Positions 52,060 through 64,000 of a stretch of 64,000 nucleotides of DNA are shown here, piece by piece. Both the position numbers and the translations under genes were made by a program. The stretch covers positions 8,308,001 to 8,372,000 of the forward strand of contig OX597814.1 of assembly GCA_951406725.2 (NCBI GenBank). The letters run 5' to 3'. The DNA comes from Octopus vulgaris. Lineage: Eukaryota. Positions within the stretch are counted from its first letter, which is position 1. Each line of letters begins with the position of its first letter. The notes beneath the pieces are model-generated. The model was given only the letters and a program-made list of their open reading frames with translations. It had not been told where the DNA came from and ran no database searches.

Positions 52060-54808
52060 CTTTCTTTATAATAATAACAATAATAATACCAAGGCTACAA
52101 TACAAAACATAAAGGATGATTCTACAAGGGTTAGTGGGGTTAAACGTCTAAATAGCAAAACAAAACAACAATTAACAAAGAGATTAAACGAACAATGTTC
52201 TTCTCCAATAGGGAGGAGTTCCACCGAGGAGTGAGCAAAAGAACATCACACCCTTTGGACCTCCTAATACCAAAGGTACCTCATGTAGGCACCCCTCTCC
52301 TCCTCATTCCATCCGGCCTACAGACCCACACTTAGAGTAGGCCCATTCACGTGGGCCATTCTTGACATATTCACCCACCTTTCAACAAACTTACTGAGTG
52401 ACAGTTCTTACCCCTCCAGTCTCAATTTCCTTTGCAGGAGGAACTTGAAAGGTCAATTGAGGCCTTTGCCAAAGAGGAAGGTACCTGTCTTCAACTCTTT
52501 CAATTGTGTCCACCACACAACCACTTTCAATAGCCACCACACAGAGAAAAACTGTCCTTCCCAGCCAAAGGAAAGAGGTGGGATGATCTTCATGATGGAC
52601 TTGGATGATAGCTAAATCTGTCTTACATGTGACAATAACTGTTTGACAAAAGTTTATAAGTCAGCAATGCGTGGACACTGTAGGAGGAGCATACAGAACG
52701 GATTCATTGCTCCACTGGCATCTCATACATGCTCATCTGACTGCACACCTGTGCCTGTAGAGCTTATTGTGAACTGGCAGACCCCCCTGGTAGCACTGCC
52801 AGGTCATGGATTTCTGGAAGTTGTCCATAAGCCCTGGCCCAAAAATCTTCTGAAAGAGACCAGCCAGTGGATCCCTCTCAACACCCAAAACCTCTGTGAC
52901 AACGTCGCACCTCTTGCCATCTACTAATCCCCTATAGAACTCCAAAGTGGAACTTCCACTGACTGCATCACCCCACTAGCCAAGGGTTGTTAGCACATGG
53001 AGACACTCTAGGTGCTAAACATCCTTCTTCGGTCTACGCCTGATCCAGGACTGTTGCCCCATCAAAGAGACAATCTGTGGAAAAGTGCATCCAACAAATG
53101 GTGACCACACCTACTCACTGTTCAGGTATTTCTGGAGATGTTGCAGCCTCAGCACATGTCTGTGCATCATGAGCCATAGCATACCCAGTCCACCATGCAA
53201 TGAGTTCTGACAGCAAATGGATCATCTGACAAGTGGTACATGCCCCTTCCACAGGAAGCAGAAGAGGAAGCCCACCAGCCTGTTCAGCTATGAAGCAGCG
53301 CATGGGTCGTCGACAGTCAGGTAGTAGTATATGATGGATGGGATGTACGTATTTGTCACCTCCTCCCGACCTTTCAGGGACAGCTTCCTCTCCGCTCATT
53401 TGTGGTTGAGACTGGTTACCCTGTCTGTCATTTCACCCCAGTTTGTGTCCACTTGGAGGTCCACATCAAGCCAGACCAACTTAATCAGTCCTTCCATCAA
53501 ACACCCCGCAATGCTGTCACTCGGCAAGGGCCTGCCTCTCCAGGAGCCGAGCTGCAGGCTCACTGACTTCTAGCTAATCACTGCTCCTGTCATCGCTTCA
53601 TATTCCATTAGGATAGTGTCAACCATCTTGATTTCCAAGACATCCAACACTATCAAGGTAACATCGGCCGCATATGAACTTTCCGTATCTTAGTTCACAA
53701 GGGAAGCCCCTTGAAACATCCAACACCTGCAGTAATGGCTTGTGTGCCAGTATGTAGAGAAGGGGTGAGAGTGGATATCCTTGACAGACTAAGCATGCGA
53801 TGCTAAATGATTCCGACATGTGGCCATTTACTTTGACCTCCGAACAGATGTCGCTGTACATTGTTTGCAGTCCAGCCTCTGAAAACAGGACCAAAACCAG
53901 CTGCTTCAAGGACAGCTTCCAAGTACTGATGGTAAACCCATTTGAAAGCTTTCAATTGATCCAAATTGATCAGGGCCGCTCCCATGCCAGATTCTTTACC
54001 AACCTTCTCTATGATGTATTGCATGAGGTAGAGGCTGTCATGGATAGATCTGTTGGGAATAGTGCAAGGCTGCACATTACCCACCAATCTGTCAATGACA
54101 AGTGTCAACTTCTTTGCTAAAACCTTAGTCAAAATTTTGAAATGCATTTAATAGAGTTACAGTCCTAAAGTTATCAACAATGTCACCCTTGTTTGGATTC
54201 TTTCTCAGTAGTACCACTACACCTCAGCTCACAGACCTGTGTATTCTTACATTCTGCTGCCAGTTGCGGTAGACACCCTACAAAAGCTCACCAAACTAGT
54301 CTGGAATATAAAGCTTGAAGGGCAAACCATCCTATCCCAGAGACTTTTCCCTCATGCAACTAGCCAATGCATCACATATATTCTTCAGCTGTAATTGGCA
54401 TTTTGCAGAACTCAACCTTCCTGGATGAAAGCCATGACAGAGCATCAAGTGGGGAAGTGAAGTTCACCTCCACCTCCAGACTACCACATGTCCCATACAG
54501 TTCAGCAAAGTGCCACTGAAATTCTGCACAAATCTGCTTGCACTCGTGTAGCATCTACCTGTCCCACCTCTCAAAGACTGAACTGAAGTTTCATTACCAC
54601 ATAGCACCTCAGCCACCCAGTGCCATCGAACAGCTTTCATTCCTTCCTGTTTTAGAGCATGTGCCCTAGCTCTCACAATGCAACCTTTATGCTTGGTGTT
54701 GAAGAATTGGTTCAGAACCAATCTCGCTACCAGCACATCGGTCACTATGCTTCTACTGAGTGCCTCTTCCAATATCTTAACTAGATCTCCCTCTACTCTA
54801 GTCTTCTC
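52060..54808 (-). mobile_element. Tx1/L1-group LINE ORF2 (RT to 3' end), decayed, running into the gap
   Basis: KILTKVLAKKL, LDQLKAF and QGYPLSPLLY motifs. It is colinear with 42780-45220 in the opposite orientation. Confidence 0.85.
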
Positions 54809-54908
54809 NNNNNNNNNNNNNNNNNNNNNNNNNNNNNNNNNNNNNNNNNNNNNNNNNNNNNNNNNNNNNNNNNNNNNNNNNNNNNNNNNNNNNNNNNNNN
54901 NNNNNNNN
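54809..54908. other. Assembly gap (100 N)
   Basis: Seen directly. Confidence 1.
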
Positions 54909-55199
54909 GAGAGTCCACTGCCAACAATTGAGGGTCCCCACCACAAGACAGACACCACTTAAATCTATGTGCAAAAACAAGTCACCCAAATTCCTAGTTT
55001 CCCTACTGAACAGCACCACTGACAAAACATGAATAAATAAGGAAAATATACTTATTCAAAAATACAGACTACAACTGAATATATTCGAACATACCCCCAG
55101 GTACACATCTACAACAAAAACACACAGAAACACAAACACAAATACAATGCAAACCTCCCCCACACATGCACAAAAAGTGCTGTCTTAAATTTCTGATTT

Positions 55200-56030
55200 A
55201 CATAAGTATTTTATTTCCTTATCTGTGAAGAAGTCTGGGTATTGGTCAATTAATGTTCTGTCTTTCTTATAGTAGTTTTGGTTGGTTAGATATTCCAATA
55301 TTTTGTCTTTGTAATCGTCCCTCTCTATAATCACTATCACCCCATCCTTATTGGCATCTTCGAGGATGATTCAATTGGCATTCTTCAGTTAGTGTTAGTG
55401 AAGCTTTCTTTGCTTCTTAACAAATGTTCTGTTTGCATTTACAGGCTCTGAGAGTGAATTTGGAAATTTGCGTCTATATATGTATATAAATGTTTGTCAC
55501 TCCCCAACCCTGTAAGGGGTGAAGTAAGATTTATTTCTAAATGCTGACTCATCATTTATATTCTTAATGGGGACGAAATTTGCACCCTCATATGCTAACC
55601 TCATTATGGATTTCTTACAAGGAAAACTATACAAGTAAGTAGAAAAGGCGTTTGACCAAAATTTCAAGAAAGATACCTTTGAAACATGGAGCCCCTTCCT
55701 CGATGACTGCTTCATTTTTAGGATAGATCAAATAATGATCTATGAATATTTAATAACATCCTCAACATTCTTCAGCCATCTATCAAATTCAAAACAGAAA
55801 CCAACTATAATGACTTACCAATCCCAGTTATTCACATAAAAATATGCAACTCCACAGTAACAACATATATTTTAGAACGGAAAAAGAATCAGTCACACAT
55901 TAATGCTTGAACTTCTACTTTTGTTGTCCTTCACACATCAAATGGAACATGCCATACAGTTTGGCAGGACATATCTGTACAATGGTTGTTTACGAAAAAT
56001 TCTCACCAAAGCTAAATGCTTGAAAGAGAA
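55200..56030. mobile_element. Decayed PLE RT remnant (plus-strand core with an inverted N-terminal piece)
   Basis: Plus strand reads MGTKFAPSYANL...FLDDCF...PSIKF. Minus strand 55240-55380 reads DANKDGVIVIIERDDYKDK. Confidence 0.65.
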
Positions 56031-56364
56031 GCAGAGACAATATGCATGCAACACTCTTTGAAATTCAACAAGTTATGACCACTGCTTTACATAATTAACT
56101 CATACAAGTTCTGCACCAAACTAACTTCCCCAGAAAATAAGGTTAGACAGAAATAATCAAACAGGAGTACTTGAATACTCAAGATTGACCTCTCCATACA
56201 TATTATTTTCTATGGAATCAATGAACATTGGAGCAAGTGTATGCTTTCATTTGAAATTGGACCTTTTTGGATTTCATTCCTATTTGATAGTAATTATGTT
56301 ACTATAACCTTGGTCTGACCAAAGCCCTGTGAGTGGATTTGGTAGACAGAAACTGAAACCTCTC

Positions 56365-57990
56365 GTGGATCAGGTGACGAAATTTGCAGAGAGAGTCATA
56401 GCCCAACTAATCTGGGAGATAATCTAGATGAGATGCAGTTTGGATTTGTGCCAGGGAGAAGCACCACTGATGCTATATTTCTGGTAAGACAGCTGCTGGA
56501 GAAATTCCTATCAAAGATAAGCCCCTGTACCTGGCTTTTGTTGACTTGGAGAAAGTCTTTGAGAGAGTGCCCAATCCATTATCTGGTGGTCAACATAGCA
56601 ACTAGGAATAGACAAGTGGTTGGTGAGAGCTGTACGAGCCTTGTACCAGGGATGCTACCAGTAAGGTGAGGTTGGGCAACGAGTAGAGCGAAGAATTCAG
56701 GATGCAAGTAGGGGTTCACCAAGGATCGGTGCTCATACCTCTCTTGTTCATCATAGTTCCCCAGGCAATAACAAAGGAATTCAAGACAAGCTGCCCCTGG
56801 GAGCTCCTCTATGCTGATGACCTTGCTGTTATAGCTGAATCACTACCTGCACTAGAGAGGAAGGTCCCCCCGGTATGGAAGCAAGGTCTAGAATCAAAGA
56901 GCCTTAGAGTTAACCTAGCAAAAAGCAAAGTCATAGTAAATAGGAAGGCAGACAAATCACAAATCCCTTCAGGTAGATGTCCCTGCTCAGTCTGTAGAAA
57001 AGGTGTAGGTAGAAACTTCACAAGATGCACCCAGTGCAAGCTTTGGATACACAAAAGGTGCAGCAACATCAAAGGAATGTTAACAGAGAAACTATCCTTT
57101 GTATGTAGGAGTTTTACAGGCGTAATAAATGCTGAATATGTGTGGAAAATAGACTTCGTCGACTGCCAGGTAGTCAACAGAAAGAGGTAGTAGATAGCTT
57201 CTGGTATCTAGGTAACCAGGTCAGTAGTGGAGGTGGTTGTTCCAAGAGCATTGCTGTGAGAATAAGATTAGTTTGGGCAAAGTTCAGAGAGCTGGAACCC
57301 TGCTGGCAACAAAGGGCTTCTCTCCTCAGAGTGAAAGGCAGATTGTTTGCTGCCTGTGTGTGAATATCAATGCAGCATGGCAGCGAAACATGGGCTATAA
57401 CAGCTGAGGACATGTGTAGGCTTGAGAGAAATGAAGCCAGTGTGATTTTCGAAACTTGAACTTCACAGAAGCAATGACTATAGACCAAGACCTTTGACGA
57501 TGTGCACTGCTTAAGAGGACTCAAGTCAAGTGCACCCATACTGGTGGCACAAAAGAAAATCAACCTTGAATATTGGGCCTCACAGAGACAAAGTGGTTGA
57601 GTTCCTTTCGAGTGTTGGGCCTCACAGAATCAAGTTGGCTGAGTTCCTTTTGAGCATTGGTCCCATGGCGGCAAAGTGGCTGAGTTACTTTCGAGTTTTG
57701 GGCTTCACGGAGGCAATGACCAAGACCTCTGACATTACGTCATTCTTGAGAAGACCCATCAAACGGAGCACAATCACAGTCATGGCAGATACTGGTGTCA
57801 TGCAAATGGCACCTGTGCCAGCAGCACGTAAAAGCACCCATTACACTCTTGGAGTGGTTGGCATTAGAAAGGGCATCCAGCCATAGAGAACCATGCCAAA
57901 TCAGACTGGATCCTGACGCAACCTTCCAGCGTGTCACCTCCTCTAAAATCGCCCAACCCATGCCAGCATGGACAACAGACGTTAAATGAT
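56365..57990 (+). mobile_element. Older RTE LINE fragment with 3' tail
   Basis: MQFGFVPG, GVHQGSVL and YADD motifs. The tail ends GGACAACAGACGTTAAATGAT before (TA)n. Confidence 0.88.
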
Positions 57991-59155
57991 AAAGATATAT
58001 ATATATATATATATGCATGTGTTTGTTCCCACTACTACTTGATAACTGGTGTTGGTGTGTTTATGTCCATGTAACTTAGTGGTTCAGCAAGAGAGACTGA
58101 TAGAATAAGTACCATACTTTAAAACAATAAGTACTAAGATCACTTGAGTGCTACTGGTACCATGTAGTCCAGTACAACCTGTTACATGGTCGGGTCTTCG
58201 GCTACTAAACTGGCAACCCCACCAAGCTTGCTTGGTGAGGCGGGTGTTTGTTGGACACCCTGCAGGACAAAACATAAGACCTGTCAAAGAACTACAGCGT
58301 AGTCAATGGCCATCCAACAACGTGTGTGTGGAGTGCTTTGTGTATGTGTGTCTGTGTGTGTGTGTATTGTATGTGTTGCATTTTTTTAAAAAACATTTTA
58401 AACTCTGTATATGGTGTATATATTGCATTTTAAACTCTGTGTGTGTATATAAAATGTACATATTTTATTGTCACTGCCCCTTGTCTCAGCCGAGGCATTG
58501 TATCCCAGAAGAAGCGGAAGAACCATTTGGTCAACGGCTCAAATGGAATTTCGTGATCATTAGGACCCCGGTTTGGTTAATGACCAAGCAAAGGCGTATG
58601 AACTAGTCTACTTGTCATCGTCTATCAATGGGTGTGACTCCCTGATCTCACTTTGCTGCCTTGTAGATAGACTTTTTAGTCAAAGGCTCCAGGTGGGGGT
58701 CTCCTTAGCTAACCCCCTACTCCGGCCTAGGCAACCAGGTAGTATATGCCTACTGAAAACCATGGATCCTTTTCTCTCTTTCACCTTGGTTTGGATGGCA
58801 CAGGCAGGAGGGGCTCGTCAGCCATGGTTGGCAACCCTCCTAGGAGAGGATAACTCTGACTTCAAACCTATGGCCTGAGGATCTCGCTGTCACTGTCCCA
58901 GCTCGCTAGGCCATGGTAGATGAACCTCGTGCTTAAAGGGTGGGGCCAGTCTGCACATACTGCACTTCACCTTAAAACTCCCTAGCGTAGGCCAAAGGAC
59001 ACTAAGATTGATTCACTTGACTAAAAATTCTTCAAGGCAGTGCTGCTCCAGCATGGACAGAGAGTAGCGATGAAACAAACTGAAGATATTTGAATATTGT
59101 AATTCTTATTTCTATACCAAATAATTTGAACAGAATTAAAATGGTAAATTCTTAC

Positions 59156-59404
59156 CTGTACTGATGGCAGGAATTGCAATTGATGTATAAGACTTTTCTT
59201 CAAGATCTGCCAAACAATTTCGAACAGCTCTTGAAAGGTAATCCATTTCCAGATCCCTTCCATTATTCCAAACGGGTCCAACAGCATGAATGATAGTCTT
59301 GCATTTGAGTTTACCAGCTTTAGTTGACACTACTTCTCCAGTTTTCAGTTCACTCTTTCTTTGTTTCATAATTTCATTGGATTCAGTTTGAATTTCAAAC
59401 CCAC
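59156..59404 (-). CDS. Internal coding exon of a macro-domain protein (macro-PARP PARP9/14/15-like or MacroD-like)
   Basis: A 249-bp open exon with TTTGCAG acceptor and GTAAG donor, phase 1-1. It reads GFEIQTES...GEVVSTKAGKLKCKTIIHAVGPVW...AVRNCL...SIAIPAISTG. Confidence 0.9.
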
Positions 59405-60649
59405 CTGCAAAGATATTTGCCTTCTTATGTTCCTGTTTAATACATGTTAATATATATCAATAATATTAATATGCCACACCTGACACGTGTGTCACGCTTA
59501 AGAGAAAGAAATTGTTGAAAGAAGTTTTGTTGCTTAGATAAAAATTTTTAAGTAGGTCTCTTGTAATTTCTGGGAGAGATTTGAAACCACCACCTATGTG
59601 TTGTATTACTACTTCGCAATACCCATGTCTTCTGGGCTACAGAAGCAACAACGCTCTTAATGAGAAAATTAAGATACTTAAATTTAATACTGGGTGTCAC
59701 ATAGGGGAGAGAGGAAGTGAGAGAGAAAGAGAGTGAAAAAGAGAGAGGGAGAGAGAGAGAGATGACAGCATGAAGTTGTCTTTACAGAGTGGCTAATTAT
59801 TTGAATTCCTTTCTACGATTAAACTGAAATTGACCCCTGTCTATTAAACACCCAAGCTCATGCACACACATTTCTTTTAGGTCTTCTACCCATTTGAATT
59901 CGGCCATACACCAGATGACATGGTAAGTCTTATGTTCCAAGATTTAAATTTTGAATTTGTTTTAACCATAAAATTACACCTCAGCTAAAAAACATCTTTT
60001 GACTTTCACATACAAACTTTTCTTTCTCTTTCTATATTTTTTGTTAAGTTAGAATTTCTCTGTTTTAATCAGAATGTTTCTAATTTTTTTTTTTTTTTTT
60101 TTGCTATCAAGTATGAGAGAGATTTGGCTGTTATTTCTAGCAAATTGAACAACCACACAGTTATTCAATTGGTTCATTTGTTGATGTATATAAGTAAACA
60201 AAAACTAAAATACACACACACACACACACATATCAATGTAAGTGTGTATCTGTGTGTGTGCGATAATAAGTGTCGCGTGGTGGAAATAAACACAACTTTC
60301 TCTTCCTATATTTCTTGTTAAGTTAGAATTTCTCAGTTTTGGTCAGGATTTCGGAATTTTTTTTTCTTGTATCAAGCAATTGGCAAAAGCATTTTTAAAA
60401 TAATTGAATTCATGGAGCCAAACAAAATCAAAAATTTTCATTCTATTTTTTCCCTTTACTTTTTACTTTCCTACAATATAATTAATTACCGTATCCTAGG
60501 GAACGTATCCCTGCTTATTAGGCGAGTATTTCAGAAATATTTTCACCTTTTAAACAAAACTGTCTAATACATTTAGATATGATTTTCAATTGAAACACTC
60601 AGAATCATTTTGGACATTCATTATTTTTTAAAAAAGTTTTAAAATATGG

Positions 60650-62900
60650 ATAATCACATGACGGACACAGCACGAGAGCATTGGTGTAGAAGGGAAGAAT
60701 GATTGCATGAGGGGCAGCAGGAGGAAATAAGGAATAAAATGACATGATGATGAGACAGAACAGAAACACAATAATTCAAGAGGAGAGGGAGTGTGTCCTA
60801 CAGAATAGAAGGAAAGATATCAGCAAAGAAGAGAATAAATGAGCCAGGACCGAAGAGAAGTATATTTTGAAAAAACGAGAGATAGAGATCAAAGGAATCG
60901 AGGACACGTGAGTGAAGAGCAAAGGCAGCTGTACTTAGAAAATATGAGAAAGAGAGTTCACGACGGATGGGAAAAGATGAACGAAGATGAAAGGCAGAAT
61001 TACCTTCAAGATATGAGAAACAGAGTTCAAAAAAGAAGGGTAAATATGGACGAAGATGAAATGCGGAATTACCTTCAAGATATGAGAAACAGAGTTCAAG
61101 AAAGAAGAGAAAACATGGATGGAGATTAAAGGCAGAATTACATTCCAGATATGAAAAACAGAGTTCAAGAAAGAAGGGAAAATATGGACGAAGTTGAAAG
61201 ACAGAATTACCTTCCAAATATGAGAAACAGAGTTCAAGAAAGAAGGGAAAATATGGACCCAAATGGAGATTAAAGGCAGAATTACCTTCCAGATATGAAA
61301 AACAGAGTTCAAGAAAGAAGGGAAAATATGGACGAAGATGAAAGAGCAGAATTACCTTCCACATATGAGAAACAGAGATCAAGAAAAAAGGGAAAATATG
61401 GACGAAGATGAAAGGCAGAATTACATTCCACATATGAGAAACAGAGATCAAGAAAGAAGGAAAATATGGACGGAGATTAAAGGCAGAATTACCTTCCAAA
61501 TATGAAAAACAGATCTCAAGAAAAAAGGAAAATATGGACAAAGAGGAAACGCAGAATTACATTCCACATATGAGAAACAGAGATCAAGAAAAAAGGAAAA
61601 CATGGACGGAGATTAAAGGCAGAATTACCTTCCACATATGAAAAACAGAGTTTAAGAAAAAAGGGAAAATATGGACAAAGAGGAAACGCAGAATTACCTT
61701 CCACATATGAGAAACAGAGCTCAAGAAAGAAGGGAAAATATGGACGGAGATTAAAGGCAGAATTACCTTCCAAATATAAAAAACAGAGTTCAAGAAAAAA
61801 GGGAAAATATGGACGAAGATGAAAGGCAGAATTACATTCCACATATGAGAAACAGAGATCAAGAAAAAAGGAAAATATGGACGAAGATGAAAGGCAGAAT
61901 TCCCTTCCATATATGAAAAACAGAGTTCAAGATAAAAGGGAAAATATGGACGAAGATGAAAGGCAGAATTACATTCCACATATGAGAAACAGAGATCAAG
62001 AAAAAAGGAAAATATGGACGAAGATGAAAGGCATGAATTACCTTCCAGATAGGAGAGTTTAAGACAGAAGGGAAGATATGGACGGAGATCAAAGGCAGAA
62101 TTACCTTCCAGATATGAGAAACAGAGTTTAAGACAGAAGGGAAAATATGGACGAAGATGAAAGGCAGATTTATCTTCCAGATAGGAGAGTTTAAGACAGA
62201 AGGGAAGATATGGACGGAGATCAAAGGCAGAATTACCTTCCAGATATGAGAAACAGAGTTTAAGACAGAAGGGAAAATATGGACGAAGATGAAAGGCAGA
62301 TTTATCTTCCAGATAGGAGAGTTTAAGACAGAAGGAAAGATATGGACGGAGATCAAAGGCAGAATTACCTTCCAGATATGAGAAACAGAGTTTAAGACAA
62401 GAAAGGGAAAATATGGACGAAGATGAAAGGCAGATTTATCTTCCAGATATGAGAAACAGAGTTCAAGAAAGAAGAGAAAACATGGACGGAGATTAAAAGG
62501 CAGAATTACCTTCCAAATATGAAAAATAGAGTTCGAAAAAAGGAAAATATGGACAAACATAAAGGCGGATATATTGAAGATTTGAAAAACAGAGTTTAAA
62601 GAAGAAGGCAAAATATTGACGAAGATGTAAAAGAAGCGGATATATTTTATGACAGACAAAGCTGAAATAAGAAGATAGACTATATAGTAAAAGAACAACA
62701 AAATTCTCAATTATGATTGATGAGATGAATGTAGCATGCCCCATGTAGTATGCACATATATTTCCGCGCAAAGCATTCAACTGCTGCCATAAAGGCAAGG
62801 TTTCCTTGCCGAATCTACAAGAATACCCTGACGAGTTAAAACAAATTTTGAAGGAATGAACTTCAGACAGAAAATCCAGAACCTATAACTCAATGTATTC
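60650..62900 (+). mobile_element. Helitron Rep/helicase N-terminal remnant
   Basis: Charged helical repeats are followed by EMNVACPM*YAHIF...FNCCHKGKVSLPNLQEYPDELKQIL...NFRQKI, which resembles the Helitron N-terminal Zn-finger region. Confidence 0.75.
60975..62600 (+). repeat. ~63-bp coding-derived tandem repeat, ~26 copies
   Basis: The unit encodes roughly MDEDERQNYLPDMRNRVQERREN-like 21-mers. Copies of 61-63 bp break the frame. Confidence 0.9.
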
Positions 62901-62964
62901 AAGTGTCTCATTTAAGATGCCAATGTTATATCACCCCCTGTTTGTGGCCATTTCGCAATATACT

Positions 62965-63175
62965 TTTCTACTATAGGCACAAATCCTGTAATTTTTGGGG
63001 CAAGTGGGCCAGTCAATTAGATCAACCCCAGTATGCAACTGGTGTGCTTAATTTATCAACCCCAAATGGATGAAAGGCAAAGTTGACCTTGGCAGAAGTT
63101 GAACTTAGAACGTAAAGTCAGTCGAAATACCGCTAAGCATTTTGCCCAGCTTGATAACTATTCTGCGACCTCCCC
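62965..63175 (-). mobile_element. tRNA-derived SINE (same family as 29015)
   Basis: GGATGAAAGGCAAAGTTGACCTTGG...GAAATACCGCTAAGCATTT. Confidence 0.72.
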
Positions 63176-63327
63176 CCATTTAACTGTCACAATATAGAAA
63201 CATTTTTCATGGCACCAACACACAATTTACAGCTGCTTACATTTTTTATGATTTCCGTGAATTTTTCATGGGTGCAGCTAGTCATATCTTGATATATTTT
63301 AAGTTATTATAAATATATGTTATATAT

Positions 63328-64000
63328 GAGGTGAGACCCAAAAGAAACCAGATTAACGCAATATTAATTTATTCACTTAGTTTTAAATGTTTACACTTTT
63401 ATCATTTTCAAAATATTCTCCATTTGAAACAATGCACCAGTCCAGGCACGTTTTCCATTATCCGAAGCAGTGCTGGAACTCTTGCAAAGTGATGCCATTT
63501 AATGCCTCTGTCACTTTTGCTTCACCTCTTCCACATCTGCAAATTCCATAGCACCAAACTTTCATCACCAGTGATGACCTTTGAAAAAAAGGTCCATATC
63601 AACTTTCAACTGTTCTTTCAATTCATGACATGCATTCAGTTGTGACTGCTTCTTATCTTCCGTGAGCAAGCAACACACAAATTTTGCTGCAACTCTTTCC
63701 ATTCGCAATTCCTCACTCAAAATTTGTTGGCCGAAGCTCTAGGACATACCAGTTATATCAACAAGTTCATAAATTGTTCAATGACAGTCTAAGATCATTT
63801 CATGAAGTTTCATGATGTTTTCATTCGTTCGGGATGTCGATAGTCGTCCTCAATGAGGTCGGTCTTCAAGCAACAAGTAATCATTCTTAAAGTGTGGAAA
63901 TCACTCATAAATTTGTGCTTTGCTGATGGCAGCCTCCTTGCAATATATCTGAAGCAAGACAACTGTTTCAGCTGCCGTTTTCTGTAGCAAAAAGCAGAAT
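63328..64000 (-). mobile_element. Mariner deletion derivative, second copy, running off the window
   Basis: TIR-like ACCCAAAAGAAACCAGA. It is colinear with 36399-37070. Confidence 0.82.

Noticed and set aside
54464-55025. ORFs spanning X residues
   Set aside because: They are artefacts of the N gap.
58600-59020. Possible HDV-like ribozyme in an RTE 5'-UTR-like segment
   Set aside because: A GTCTATC/GATAGAC stem exists, but P1.1, P3/L3 and the catalytic junction do not fit. The RTE 5'-UTR assignment is also unconfirmed.
60975-62600. CRISPR array, or membrane proteins from the minus-strand Phe-rich ORFs
   Set aside because: There are no spacers. The minus ORFs are antisense shadows of a purine-rich coding repeat.

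Overview
This is AT-rich, repeat-dense animal genomic DNA. The SINE and RTE tail families look octopus/cephalopod-like, but that is recognition from memory, not a database hit. Nearly all of the window is nested, decayed transposons: RTE LINEs with (TGA)n tails, Tx1/L1-group LINEs, a near-full-length CR1-group LINE, R4/Dong-like LINEs, Penelope-like elements (PLEs), Helitrons, mariner derivatives, tRNA-derived SINEs and microsatellites. There is a 100-N gap at 54809-54908. The only host-gene signal is one clean 249-bp macro-domain exon (minus strand, 59156-59404, macro-PARP/MacroD-like). The most notable signal outside the ORF track is a set of nine minimal type-I hammerhead ribozyme motifs with palindromic stem III, from about five sequence families. 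Three identical copies lie in a non-coding 473-bp tandem-plus-inverted unit (retrozyme-like; predicted 473-nt cleavage monomer). Two carry a compensatory U3-A8 core. Also notable are a ~38-copy 62-bp array grown from an RTE 3' UTR and a ~26-copy 63-bp coding repeat in a Helitron N-terminus. Coordinates were read by eye, and element boundaries are approximate unless stated.
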